Of a stretch of DNA of 64,000 bases, positions 1-10,155 are shown piece after piece. The notes beneath the pieces are model-generated. The model searched no databases, was not told where the DNA came from, and saw nothing but the letters and a program-made list of their open reading frames with translations. The DNA is from an uncultured Gammaproteobacteria bacterium (GTDB taxonomy: Bacteria > Pseudomonadota > Gammaproteobacteria > JACCXJ01). Position 1 is the stretch's first letter. Every line of letters starts with the position of its first letter. The translations under genes were made by a program, and so were the position numbers. The DNA lies in assembly GCA_963764725.1 (NCBI GenBank), contig CAVXTM010000016.1, forward strand, positions 224,001-288,000, given 5' to 3'.

Positions 1-77
1 CCCATGAATCCCCCGATCATCAGCGTGGCGCCGTCGGGTATCAAGGCCACCGCTTCATTAAGTGCAATGCCTTTCAT
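1..77 (-). CDS. CoA-transferase subunit A (AtoD/ScoA-like), N-terminus only; runs off the window edge
   Basis: Manual translation from ATG at 77 gives MKGIALNEAVALIPDGATLMIGGFMG, the typical family I CoA-transferase alpha N-terminus; lies directly downstream of fabI. Confidence 0.75.
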   Translation of the reverse strand, partial: MKGIALNEAVALIPDGATLMIGGFM

Positions 78-102
78 TTGGTCTTGTCTCCCACGGTTCC
101 GC

Positions 103-893
103 TCACCCCATCACGTGATAACCGCCGTCGATATAGACGGTATCCCCGTTGATCATGCGTGCGATCGGGAGGGCGAGAAAGGCTACGGCCGCCCCCACGT
201 CTGCAATCGTCGCGAGCTGATAGCTGGGTGCCCGCTCCGCGGCTTCGTTTAACATCTCGTCGAAATGTTTCAACCCCGAGGCGGCACGGGTCTTCACGGG
301 ACCCGGCGAGACGGTGTACACGCGTATTCCTTTCGGGCCTAGCTCGTAGGCCAGATAGCGCACGACACACTCGAGCGCCGCCTTGACGGGGCCCATGAGG
401 TTGTAGTTCTTCACCACCTTCTCGGCGCCATAGAAGCTCATCGCGAACAGCGCTCCACCATCGGTCATTAGCGGTTCCGCCAGCTTCGCCATACGGATGA
501 ACGAATGGCAGGACACGTCTATCGCCTTAAGGAACCCGGCACTGGAAGAGTCTACAAGCCGCCCCTGCAAATCTTCCTTAGGCGCGAATGCGATGGAGTG
601 CAAGGCAAAATCCAGTCGTCCCCACTTCTCCCGAATCTCTGCAAACAGCGATTCGAGCTGCCCCTCCTGTTGTACGTCGCAGGGCATGAAGATTCCGGCG
701 CTTCCAGTTCTTCGGCGATGGGCTCAACATAGGGTTTAGCCTTGTCGTTGAGGTAGGTGAGGGCAAGCTCCGCCCCTATGGTCTTAAACGCCTTGGCGCA
801 TCCATAGGCAATCGAATCTTGATTGGCGATGCCGAGCACTAAACCTTTCTTGCCTGCCAGGGTCCGGTTTTTGGGGTCAAACAGTTCGAACAT
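103..893 (-). CDS. fabI: Enoyl-ACP reductase FabI, split by one frameshift near 690
   Basis: ORF 552..893 has GKKGLVLGIANQDSIAYG; ORF 103..687 has LHSIAFAP, YNLMGPVKAALE, SPGPVKTRAASG and YIDGG. Confidence 0.9.
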
Positions 894-957
894 GAGTATT
901 CCTTCGTTTTCAGTTGGTTTAGCGGGTTACAGGCCGGGTCCCCACGTCCCCACTCGC

Positions 958-2170
958 CTAAATATTCTGCGCAATAGCAACGTCCGTCGGCGCCACGAGC
1001 CGCCGCGTGTGCATGGCGATCATGCGCTCCTCGTCAGTAGGTATGATCCAGACCGACGGGGAGGTACCAGGGCGAGAAATGCACGCTCGGCCGTCACGGT
1101 TGGCCACATCATCCAGCTCTACCCCCAGCCAGGCCGCATCCTTGCAGACGCGGCGGCGGATCTCCGGGGAGTTTTCGCCGATGCCGGCGGTGAAGACGAG
1201 CGCGTCCAATCCGCCCAGCGATGCGGCCAAAGCGCCCAGCTCCTGGCCGATGCGGTAGACAAAGTAATCGATGGCTTCGCTGGCACGTGGCTCTTGGCTC
1301 TTTAGTAGGTCCCGAAGATCGTTGCTGATCCCGGAAATTCCGAGTAAGCCCGAGTCCTTATACAAAAGGTCTTCGAGCTGATCGACATTCATGCCCTTCT
1401 CGCGCATCAGATATAATAGGACACCGGGGTCCAAGCTTCCGCAGCGCGTACCCATGGGTATTCCGTCCAACGCCGAAAAGCCCATGGTCGTTTCAACACT
1501 CTTACCGTTCTTGATCGCGCACATACTTGCGCCGCTGCCGAGATGGGCTACTACCACCCGCCCATCCGCGATCGAGGGCGCCACCTCCCTAAGCCGCCGT
1601 GCGATGTACTCATACGACAACCCGTGGAACCCGTAGCGCCGAACACCGCTCTGGTAAAGCTCATCGGGCAGACCAAAGCGGTCCGCTACCCGCGGATGGC
1701 CCCTGTGGAACGCGGTGTCGAAGCACGCCACCTGCGGAAGCTCAGGTCGCGTTTTCATGATCGCCCGGATGGGCTGGAGATTATGCGGTTGATGCAGAGG
1801 CACCAGCGGTATGAGCGACTCCAGGGCCCCGAGCACACGGCTGTCGATCACTACGGGTTCCGAAAACTGAGGTCCTCCGTGGGCCACCCGGTGCCCGACC
1901 GCCGTCAGTTTCGACTCCTGCGGTATATTCGCGCAGCCACGCCCCGAGGACCTCGAACGCCTTGCCATGCGCTTCTTCCTCCGCAGCGGCCTCCCACCGG
2001 GTCTCTGTCAGTACGGCTCCCGCGGCGTCCTTGGCAATGAACCGCGGCGCCGTGATGATCCCGTCGATTTGGCCCTTCGCGATCAGCGTCAGGTCGCTGT
2101 TGGCCGGCTCGAAAACGGAGAATTTGACGCTGGATGAGCCGGCGTTGAGGACAACCACAAGCCCGCTCAT
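958..2170 (-). CDS. ackA: Acetate/propionate kinase, one frameshift near 1920
   Basis: ORF 1781..2170 has [11 protein letters not shown]; ORF 958..1968 has [40 protein letters not shown] and IPTDEE. Confidence 0.92.
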
Positions 2171-3579
2171 GCGGCTCCCTCAGTAGCCGTTGTGCCGCGC
2201 AAGGCATGGGCGTAGAGGACGGCAACCCCGCAGGAGGCCATCCGCGAGCGCACATTGTCCGCTCGGCTGGTCAAAACGATCGGCACCCTTGCCCCGAGCA
2301 CGATCCCGGCCGCGTCGGCATGGGCTAGGAACGTGAGCTGCTTAGCCAGGATGTTGCCCGCCTCGAGGTCGGGCGCCAGCAAGATGTCCGCATCCCCAGC
2401 CACCTTCGACTCGATGCCCTTGGTCTTAGCGGCCTCCTCGCTGATGGCGTTATCCAGCGCCAAGGGGCCATCCAAAATGGCGCCGCTGATCTGCCCGCGC
2501 TCGGCCATCTTGCACAGCGCCGCGGCTTCTACGGTTGAGGGGATTTTCGCTCGCACCGTTTCTACAGCCGAGAGGATCGCGACTTTCGGGGTTTTGTTCC
2601 CGAGAGCATGAGCTAGATCGATGGCGTTTTGGCAGATGTCCCGCTTAGTATCGAGATCGGGTGCGATGTTGATCGCTGCATCGGTTACCAGCAGAACCTT
2701 GTGATAGGTAGGAACATCCATGACGAAAACATGGCTGATCCGGCGCTCTGTCCGCAGCCCCGTGCTTGATGAGACGACAGCCGCTAGCAGTTCATCCGTG
2801 TGTAGGCTACCTTTCATCAGCACCTCGGCTTCGCCGGCCCGAATGAGTTCCACGGCCTTGGCGGCGGCACCATGGCTGTGATCGGCGTTCACCAGTCGAT
2901 AGGCTTTGAGGTCGAGTCCGCATTCGCCAGCCACCTGCAAAATTTTCTCTGTCGGCCCCACCAAGGTTGGAATAATGAGTCCCGCTTCAGCCGCCTCGAT
3001 GGCGCCTCTGAGCGCCGTCTCCTCGCAGGGATGGGCCACCGCCACAGACACGGGATCGAGCTGCGAGCACCTATCGATCAGCGCCTTATAGCGATCGTGG
3101 CGCTGGACCAAGACGCCGGACGCCTCCACTACTGCCCCGGCCCACTTTTCTTTGGGCGCGAGCACCTCAGCCGTGCCCGTCAGTACAAGCTCCTGGTGTT
3201 GGTTGACCACGCGGCAGTCAAAGGCCACCGAATTGTCCCTGGGCTTCTTGTCCGTCACGGTGATAGTAACGGAGGCGGTGTCGCCGACAAAAAGTGGCTG
3301 CAGAAACCGCAGGTCCTGACGTCGATAGACCGTGCCGGGCCCCGGCAAGACGTTTCCGAGGAGGCTCGAGATGAGGGAACCGCCCCATAAGCTATGGCCC
3401 ACGACCCCCCCTTGACCGCTTTTTTTCATGTAAGCGCTGTCCAGATGTGTTGGGTTTAGGTCGCCCGAAGCGGCGGCAAAAAGGTTGATGTCCTGCTCGC
3501 TGAGTGTCCGTGTAACCGTGGCGGAATCGCCGATCTGGATCTCGTCAAAGGTCCGGTTCTCGATAGTTTCTTTACCCAT
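2167..3579 (-). CDS. Bifunctional MaoC-type enoyl-CoA hydratase / phosphate acetyl(butyryl)transferase
   Basis: N-terminal MaoC motif FAAASGDLNPTH...LPGPGT; C-terminal PTA/PTB motifs LMKGSLHTD, TDAAINIAP, DGPLALDNA, PDLEAGN and LTSRAD. Confidence 0.9.
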   Translation of the reverse strand: MGKETIENRTFDEIQIGDSATVTRTLSEQDINLFAAASGDLNPTHLDSAYMKKSGQGGVVGHSLWGGSLISSLLGNVLPGPGTVYRRQDLRFLQPLFVGDTASVTITVTDKKPRDNSVAFDCRVVNQHQELVLTGTAEVLAPKEKWAGAVVEASGVLVQRHDRYKALIDRCSQLDPVSVAVAHPCEETALRGAIEAAEAGLIIPTLVGPTEKILQVAGECGLDLKAYRLVNADHSHGAAAKAVELIRAGEAEVLMKGSLHTDELLAAVVSSSTGLRTERRISHVFVMDVPTYHKVLLVTDAAINIAPDLDTKRDICQNAIDLAHALGNKTPKVAILSAVETVRAKIPSTVEAAALCKMAERGQISGAILDGPLALDNAISEEAAKTKGIESKVAGDADILLAPDLEAGNILAKQLTFLAHADAAGIVLGARVPIVLTSRADNVRSRMASCGVAVLYAHALRGTTATEGAA

Positions 3580-3612
3580 AGATATCCTCTTGCAACGACG
3601 CCGGATCGAAAA

Positions 3613-5967
3613 TTAGGCAGCCACACCCTTCTTGCGGCTTGCCGCCACGGGTTTGACTGCTTCGACCCCGAAAAGCCCGGCGACACGGATGAGGCGCCGG
3701 CGCCGCTCTTCGCTCGGCTCGCCGGCGGCCAGCACGATCTCCCGTATGGTTGCGAACCATCTCTGCCTCTGCTCACGGTCCTCAGGCAGCATACTCGGGA
3801 TGGCGCGAACCGCGCCCTCTTCGTCGAGCAGCAGCATGAAGAACTGCTCGCGTAGCTTGTGCTTGAACTCCGCAAGCGGTATTCCCTTATGTTCGGCCCG
3901 CACGCGGCGGAGAACGGCGAAACCACGCTCGTCGACGAAGGCATCCCGGAGCCCGATGTAGAGCAGCGCACGGATCCCCGCCTCACGCAAACCACCCTCT
4001 GCGATCCGAGCCTTGAGCTGCGCGATCTTCTCCTCGATGTAGGCCCGCTCCTCGGGCTCGAGGCCGGGCCGGCGCCGGGGGCTCTCGTCGGTAGCATTAA
4101 GGCCAAGCAGTGGCTGGACCAAGGGCGAGCCATAGATGGTGTGAAAGATCGCTTCCTGGGTTTGGTCGCGGAGATCGCCGTAAGCCTCAAGCATGGTGAC
4201 GATCATCCGCGACACCTGCTCCTGAAAAGCCACGAAGGGATTATCAGGCGAGGCAGCGCGGCGCTGTGTGCGTACCTGCTCGGCAAGCTTAGCCACCGGT
4301 CGCATGAATGGATTGGCGTCGGAAAAGAGCTCGTATTGCAGGCGCAGCGGATGAGTCTTGTGCAGCCACTCCGCCGTCTGCTCGTTGACCATCATCTTGA
4401 CCCAGGGCTGGAGAAAGGTGCGGTAGAGCCCGAGATTGATCTCGGAGAGTCTGGCCACCGCGGCGAATTTGCGCTCATCCGTGACGCTGTTGTACCCGAG
4501 TGCGCGGATGTCGTCGAGCGTGCGCATCTCGAAGCGGACGATAAAGTCGCCGGTCGCGAGATCCACGTTTGCTTCCTGCCCAGACTTAGGCCGGATCACC
4601 GCCTCGTAGAGACCCGGTGGCAGGCAATCGATCAGATCGATATTGTGGGCAAACTCCTGGTGCTCCTTGACCGCTACCTTGCCCGAAACGAAGATCCCGA
4701 GGTGACCGATCGACTCGTGAACACAGTAGACGATGGTCTGACCGTGCGCGCGGATGTCGTCGACGTCTTTATAAAGGTCGAGGATCCAGTCGAGCGCCTG
4801 CTGCGGTGGGGTGATATCGTCGCCCCAGGAACAGAAGCAGATGATGGGGGACTTAATTCTGCGCGGATCGAGGCGCTTCCCGTCCGAGGTCACGATCTCG
4901 GCGGTGGCGAGCTTGTTTCCGACGAAGAGCTTGTCGACGATGTACTGCATCTCCTCGCCGTTAAGGGTAGGATGCACAGTCCACCACTTCTCGAAGCCGA
5001 GGTAACGTGGAGCCTCGGTGTCGACCTTAGCCCAGAGGTTGTATTGCTTGGTCCAGAGCGTATTAGCCGGATTGAGGTTCTCGAAGTTGGCAACCAACCA
5101 GGAACCGTTAAATTTTCCGTGGCCGAGGTCGCTCGTAAGGGCGGTGAGCCAACTCCCGCCCAGAAGCCCGCCCGTGTACCGCATTGGATTCTTTCCGCGC
5201 ACGCCCGCCCAGTAAGAGAGTGGCGACCCGGCAAGCAGGATCGGCCCAAACAGCTCGGGACGCTGCGCGGCCACCAGCATGACGGCCCAGCCGGCCTGAC
5301 AGTTGCCGATGACGAACGGTTTGCCGTCGGCCTCGGGATGCAGCTCGATGACCTTCTCTAAAAATTGCGCTTCCGCTTCGGCGATATCCTCGATGGTTTG
5401 GCCCGGAACGGGCTCCGGCAGGAAGCCGATGAAGTACGCTGGATGGCCGGCTTCGATAGCCATACCGATCTCGCTCTGCGCCTTGAAGCCGCCGATGCCG
5501 GGACCGTGGCCAGCGCGCGGGTCGATGACGACGAAAGGACGGTTTTTCGGATCCACCGTCTTGCCCGCCGGCGGTTTGATCCGCACCAGAGCGTAATTGA
5601 CCGGCCGCTCGAGCGAGCGGCCGTCCATGACGACCTCCAAGTCAAACTCGAGCACGTGCGGCGCGGTCTTTGAGGTCTGTTCGAGGTGCTGGTTGCCGCG
5701 CTCTCGCAGCACATCGAGAAACAGGCACGTACGCTGGCTAGCGTCGATCAGGTATTCCCAGCCAGGAACGAAGAGACCGGCGGCAAGAAAGGACCGAGGA
5801 TTGTTACTCTGTCCCGTTTCACCGAGCACTGGCATAAGGCCCCAGAACTGCGGGGTGGGCTGGCTGGCGTCGATTAGCTTTCCCCAGGAACTCGTGCAGG
5901 CGTTCATGAACTGGGAAGCCAGGCCGAAGCCGGTTTTAACAAATTCAAGAGGCATATTACTCGACAT
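3613..5967 (-). CDS. DUF3141 family alpha/beta-hydrolase-fold protein (PHA synthase-like)
   Basis: 784 aa; DPRAGHGPGIGGFK, lipase-box-like GNCQAG, GDDITPP (Asp) and GHLGIF (His); first gene of the pta/ack/fabI operon. Confidence 0.85.
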   Translation of the reverse strand: MSSNMPLEFVKTGFGLASQFMNACTSSWGKLIDASQPTPQFWGLMPVLGETGQSNNPRSFLAAGLFVPGWEYLIDASQRTCLFLDVLRERGNQHLEQTSKTAPHVLEFDLEVVMDGRSLERPVNYALVRIKPPAGKTVDPKNRPFVVIDPRAGHGPGIGGFKAQSEIGMAIEAGHPAYFIGFLPEPVPGQTIEDIAEAEAQFLEKVIELHPEADGKPFVIGNCQAGWAVMLVAAQRPELFGPILLAGSPLSYWAGVRGKNPMRYTGGLLGGSWLTALTSDLGHGKFNGSWLVANFENLNPANTLWTKQYNLWAKVDTEAPRYLGFEKWWTVHPTLNGEEMQYIVDKLFVGNKLATAEIVTSDGKRLDPRRIKSPIICFCSWGDDITPPQQALDWILDLYKDVDDIRAHGQTIVYCVHESIGHLGIFVSGKVAVKEHQEFAHNIDLIDCLPPGLYEAVIRPKSGQEANVDLATGDFIVRFEMRTLDDIRALGYNSVTDERKFAAVARLSEINLGLYRTFLQPWVKMMVNEQTAEWLHKTHPLRLQYELFSDANPFMRPVAKLAEQVRTQRRAASPDNPFVAFQEQVSRMIVTMLEAYGDLRDQTQEAIFHTIYGSPLVQPLLGLNATDESPRRRPGLEPEERAYIEEKIAQLKARIAEGGLREAGIRALLYIGLRDAFVDERGFAVLRRVRAEHKGIPLAEFKHKLREQFFMLLLDEEGAVRAIPSMLPEDREQRQRWFATIREIVLAAGEPSEERRRRLIRVAGLFGVEAVKPVAASRKKGVAA

Positions 5968-5996
5968 CTTAATTCTCCAAGGGCAAGGTCATTCCT

Positions 5997-6029
5997 CCTA
6001 GGCGTTTCCTAGGCGCTTCCTATGCGATT
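5997..6029. repeat. Three tandem 11-bp imperfect repeats upstream of the DUF3141 gene
   Basis: cctaggcgttt / cctaggcgctt / cctatgcgatt read directly from the sequence. Confidence 0.7.
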
Positions 6030-6292
6030 GTAGCGCAGCGGAAAATTCTTACGGGCGTGCGTGCGAACGCTTTCCTGTGCTTGTCGAAGCACGCGCAGCA
6101 GATACGTCTGTTTCCCAACGTTAAGGTTGACGCAATGCACAATATCATAGAGACAGTGGACAATCTAGATCAAAACTACTCAGGTTTCCCGCGTTGATAT
6201 GCTATGTGTAGGGCTTACCGTTTTCTTTAAGATGACTTTTCAACCCCATCCAAGTAAAGCGCCTCGATTAAAGGACAATTCGGGATATCCCG

Positions 6293-6489
6293 GTCTTCGC
6301 AGCGGGCAGTCAACCTCTGGTGGTCGAATCGCGCCATGGCGAGATTACCGCCAGATGCCGAGCAAGGTGCGAGGATCTGCAAGCACGTCAAGACAAGGAT
6401 GGCAAGGTACTGAGCCGCAGGATGCGTTCGGTGATCGAAGAGGTCCCATAGGCCCCTCCGTGGTTCCACGAAGCTCAACCGCCGTAACC
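6293..6489. repeat. Internally deleted copy of the element at 15344-15716
   Basis: 6293-6347 is identical to 15344-15398; 6354-6489 matches 15580-15716 with three differences. Confidence 0.95.
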
Positions 6490-6955
6490 TCCGCCAGCGC
6501 CTTGCCTCGGTCGTCCGCTTGGCGCCTCCCCGCACCGCTTGGTTCTTCCTTCCCACCGAGCACCCCCAATAACACATCGTGCCGCAGGGTGTCGTGATCG
6601 TTCAGATCCTCGTACCCGAGCGCCATCCCATACACCCGCTGTTCGATGAGCGACTCCACCGAGTGCTCGATCAACTCCGGATCCCGATGATCGATGAAAC
6701 ACCCCGCCAGGCGCTTCAGAATATGCGTCCGCGACTCCACCTCCCGCAACAGCACACTACCCCCATCGGAGCTGATCCTCCCCCCATCAAACCTCCCTAC
6801 CACCCGCCGCGCTCCAAGACCGTGAAATTCCATCCGCCCTGCATTACACTGTGTTTCCATAAGGCCGTCCTCGTCATTGTGTATAACATGCTGATCGCAC
6901 ACATATTATGCCACGAGCTACGGCCTTTTTCTTGGCTATCGGTGAGAAATCCGGG
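6490..6955 (-). mobile_element. IS1380-family remnant (one end plus the 5' part of the transposase)
   Basis: Protein has VVGRFDGGRISSDGG, DHRDPELIEHSV and GYEDLNDHDTLRHD, and stops matching the family at GKALA; end sequence cccggatttctcacc (minus strand from 6955) abuts CTAG at 6956-6959. Confidence 0.85.
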
Positions 6956-7430
6956 CTAGCGCAGCAGGGGACATACCCGGCATCAAAGTTGATAATGGCG
7001 CGAAACCACTTGCCGGCTCGCCGGGAGAAAACATCACCGAAGGACTCGATGGGCTCGGTAACCGCCTCAAGGAGTACCGCGACATGGGCGCGCGCTTCGC
7101 CAAATGGCGGGCGGTGATCGCCGTAAGCGATACGCTCCCGAGCGCCACCTGCGTGAATGTAAACGCGCACGCGCTCGCTCGTTATGCCGCACTCTGCCAG
7201 GAGCACGGCGTGGTACCCATCGTTGAACCCGAAGTGCTAATGGACGGATCGCACACCATCGAGCGTTGCGAAGAAGTGGGCGCGCGCTGCAGGACGAAGC
7301 GCTTAATGCCTGGCATGGAAGGAACGAAAATCTCAAAGCAGGCCAGCGGGCATTTTATCATCGCGCCAAGTGCGACAGCGCGGCTGCCCTGGGCAAATAT
7401 ACGACTGCTATGGAAGCGAATTGAAATGCG
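6956..7430 (+). pseudogene. Class I fructose-bisphosphate aldolase remnant (5' part lost at the IS, plus an internal deletion)
   Basis: PGIKVD...TEGLDGL...GARFAKWRAVI...HALARYAALCQEHGVVPIVEPEVLMDG, then after about 7280 a jump to a C-terminal-like segment ([17 protein letters not shown]) in another frame. Confidence 0.85.
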
Positions 7431-7474
7431 GCGCACAGCGCCGCGAGCTTTACCAGAAAACAATGGAGGATGCA

Positions 7475-9841
7475 ATGGAAAATCCATTAACTACTAGAGA
7501 GCTGGCGCTGATGAACGCCTATTGGCGAGCCTGTAATTACCTTTCGGTAGGGATGATCTATCTCAAGGATAACCCGCTGCTCAAGGAGCCAATGAAAACA
7601 GAAGATGTGAAGCACCGGTTGTTGGGCCACTGGGGCGCGAGCCCGGCGCTGTCCTTTGTCTGGGTGCATCTCAACCGGATGATCGTCAAACACGACCTCG
7701 ATGTGATTTTCGTCGCCGGTCCCGGCCATGGCGCGCCGGGGGTGTTGGGGCCGACGTATCTCGAAGGCACCTACTCCGAGATCTATCCGGACAAGAGCGA
7801 AGATGCGGAAGGGATGCAGAAGTTCTTCAAGCAGTTCTCGTTTCCCGGCCATATCGGGAGTCACGTCACTCCGGAAACGCCGGGCTCCATCCATGAAGGC
7901 GGCGAGCTCGGTTATAGTCTCTCGCACGCCTACGGCATGGCGCTCGACAACCCCCATTTGATCGTCGCCTGCGTGGTGGGTGACGGCGAAGCGGAAACCG
8001 GGCCACTCGCTACAGCGTGGCATTCCAACAAATTCATCAATCCCGTGCGCGACGGCGCGGTGCTGCCGATCCTGAACTTGAACGGCTACAAGATCGCCAA
8101 CCCGACGATCCTCTCACGGGTCAGTCACGAGGAGTTGGAAGCGCTGTTTGTCGGCTACGGCTACAAACCCTATTTCGTGGAAGGGGACGACCCGACGGCC
8201 ATGCACCACAAAATGGCCGCCACGTTGGAAGAAACGATCGGCGAGATCCGCGCCCAGCAGAAAACCGCGCGAGAATCGAACAACACCTTTCGGCCGCGCT
8301 GGCCGATGATCGTGTTTCGGTCCCCCAAGGGTTGGACCGGGCCGAAGGAGATCAGAGGACACAAGGTCGAAGGTTTCTGGCGCTCGCATCAGGTGCCCTT
8401 TGCCGATGTGCGCGACAATCCAGCGAACCTAAAGCTCTTGGAAGACTGGATGCGTAGCTACAAGCCCGAGGAGTTGTTCGATGCCAACGGCAAGCTCGTG
8501 CCCGAACTCAAAACGCTGGCGCCCAAGGGAGGTCGGCGCATGAGCGCCAACCCCCATGCTAACGGCGGGCTATTGCGCAAAGAACTCAAGCTTCCTGACT
8601 TTCGCAAATACGCCGTCGATGTTCCTACCCGCGGCGCGGTGGCATACGAGAACACCAAACCGCTGGGCGAGTACCTGCGCGACGTAATGAAGAATAACAT
8701 GACTAATTTCCGCGTGTTCGGGCCGGACGAGACCGCCTCTAACCGGCTGCAGGCTATCTACGAGGTGAGCAAGAAAACCTGGATGGCGGAAATGTTGCCG
8801 GAGGACGCCGACGGAGGCGAGCTCTCCCGCGATGGCCGTGTCATGGAAATGCTTTCCGAGCACACTTTGCTAGGCTGGCTTGAGGGATACCTGCTGACCG
8901 GGCGGCATGGGTTTTTTCACACCTATGAAGCCTTTGCCCACGTCATCGATTCCATGTTCAACCAGCACGCCAAGTGGCTGGACATGTGTAAGAACCACGT
9001 CCCGTGGCGTGTCTCGGTCGCTTCCGAGAATATCCTGCTGTCGTCCACGGTCTGGCGCCAGGACCATAACGGGTTTTCTCATCAGGACCCTGGATTCATT
9101 GATCTTGTTACCAACAAAGGCCCATCGGTCACACGTATTTATCTGCCGCCCGACGCCAACACCTTGCTGTCGGTCGTAGATCATTGTCTGCGTTCGACCG
9201 ACTACATCAACGTCATCGTGGCCGACAAGCAGAAGCACCTGCAGTTCACCACCATCGACGAGGCGATCATTCACTGCACCAAGGGCATCGGCATCTGGGC
9301 GCGGGCGAGCACTGACGCGGGCGAGGAGCCGGATGTGGTTTTGGCTTCCTGCGGCGACGTGGCCACCATGGAGGCGTTGGCCGCAGCCGCTATTTTGCGC
9401 GAGCGAGCGCCCGATCTAAAATTGCGCTTCGTTAACGTGGTGGATCTGTTCAAGCTGCAGCCGGCATCCGAGCATCCGCATGGGTCAACGGATCGCGAGT
9501 TCGACAGCCTGTTCACGACGGACAAGCCGATCATCTTTAACTTCCACGGCTACCCCTGGCTCATCCACAAGCTCTCGTACCGTTTCAAGGGGCATGACAA
9601 CCTGCACGTGCGCGGCTACAAGGAAAAAGGCAATATCAATACTCCGCTCGAGCTGGCGATGCTGAACGAAACCTCGCGCTTCCACCTGGTGATGGACGTG
9701 ATCGATCGGGTGCCGAAGCTGCGCACGAAGGCTACGCATCTAAAGGAGGAGATGAAGAACGCCATCGTAGACAATCTGCGCTACGCGCACGAGCAAGGCA
9801 CTGACCGATCCGAGCTTGCCAACTGGACCTGGCCGTACTAG
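7475..9841 (+). CDS. xfp: Xylulose-5-P/fructose-6-P phosphoketolase
   Basis: [22 protein letters not shown] motif GDGEAETG...NGYKI, SEH and [12 protein letters not shown]; ATG at 7475 follows GGAGG. Confidence 0.95.
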   Translation: MENPLTTRELALMNAYWRACNYLSVGMIYLKDNPLLKEPMKTEDVKHRLLGHWGASPALSFVWVHLNRMIVKHDLDVIFVAGPGHGAPGVLGPTYLEGTYSEIYPDKSEDAEGMQKFFKQFSFPGHIGSHVTPETPGSIHEGGELGYSLSHAYGMALDNPHLIVACVVGDGEAETGPLATAWHSNKFINPVRDGAVLPILNLNGYKIANPTILSRVSHEELEALFVGYGYKPYFVEGDDPTAMHHKMAATLEETIGEIRAQQKTARESNNTFRPRWPMIVFRSPKGWTGPKEIRGHKVEGFWRSHQVPFADVRDNPANLKLLEDWMRSYKPEELFDANGKLVPELKTLAPKGGRRMSANPHANGGLLRKELKLPDFRKYAVDVPTRGAVAYENTKPLGEYLRDVMKNNMTNFRVFGPDETASNRLQAIYEVSKKTWMAEMLPEDADGGELSRDGRVMEMLSEHTLLGWLEGYLLTGRHGFFHTYEAFAHVIDSMFNQHAKWLDMCKNHVPWRVSVASENILLSSTVWRQDHNGFSHQDPGFIDLVTNKGPSVTRIYLPPDANTLLSVVDHCLRSTDYINVIVADKQKHLQFTTIDEAIIHCTKGIGIWARASTDAGEEPDVVLASCGDVATMEALAAAAILRERAPDLKLRFVNVVDLFKLQPASEHPHGSTDREFDSLFTTDKPIIFNFHGYPWLIHKLSYRFKGHDNLHVRGYKEKGNINTPLELAMLNETSRFHLVMDVIDRVPKLRTKATHLKEEMKNAIVDNLRYAHEQGTDRSELANWTWPY

Positions 9842-10155
9842 CGAGTGACGCGGTCGAGTAACGAGTGACGAGTGGCAAGTTGGCGAGGACAACAAGAAAG
9901 AAGAGCATCGATGAAAATCTTTTTGGTTTGTGCGAAGTGGGAAACGTGGGGCGGCTGGCACGATGCTGTGGCAGGGGTGAGCCCCACTGGGTCCGGTTTC
10001 CCTCATTCATGCGGGTCGACCAGCTCCTCTCCCCTCGACCCGTCCGCGTCGGTTCCATGGCGGGCCGCCCGGAACGCGACCTTTTACAGGACCCCGGTCG
10101 GGCACACAATTGGCCTGCCAATGTTCACTGATGCAACGGTTGTGGAACGATCCTT

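Noticed and set aside
3859-5361. 500-aa plus-strand ORF
   Set aside because: Antisense shadow of the DUF3141 gene; no motifs.
9840-9887. Short gagtgac-like repeats after xfp
   Set aside because: Only three or four degenerate units; no clear structure or function.
9930-10110. GTGCG start plus gggaaac/gtttccc stem, suggestive of a group II intron 5' end or riboswitch
   Set aside because: No domain V/VI, no RT ORF and no recognisable aptamer consensus.
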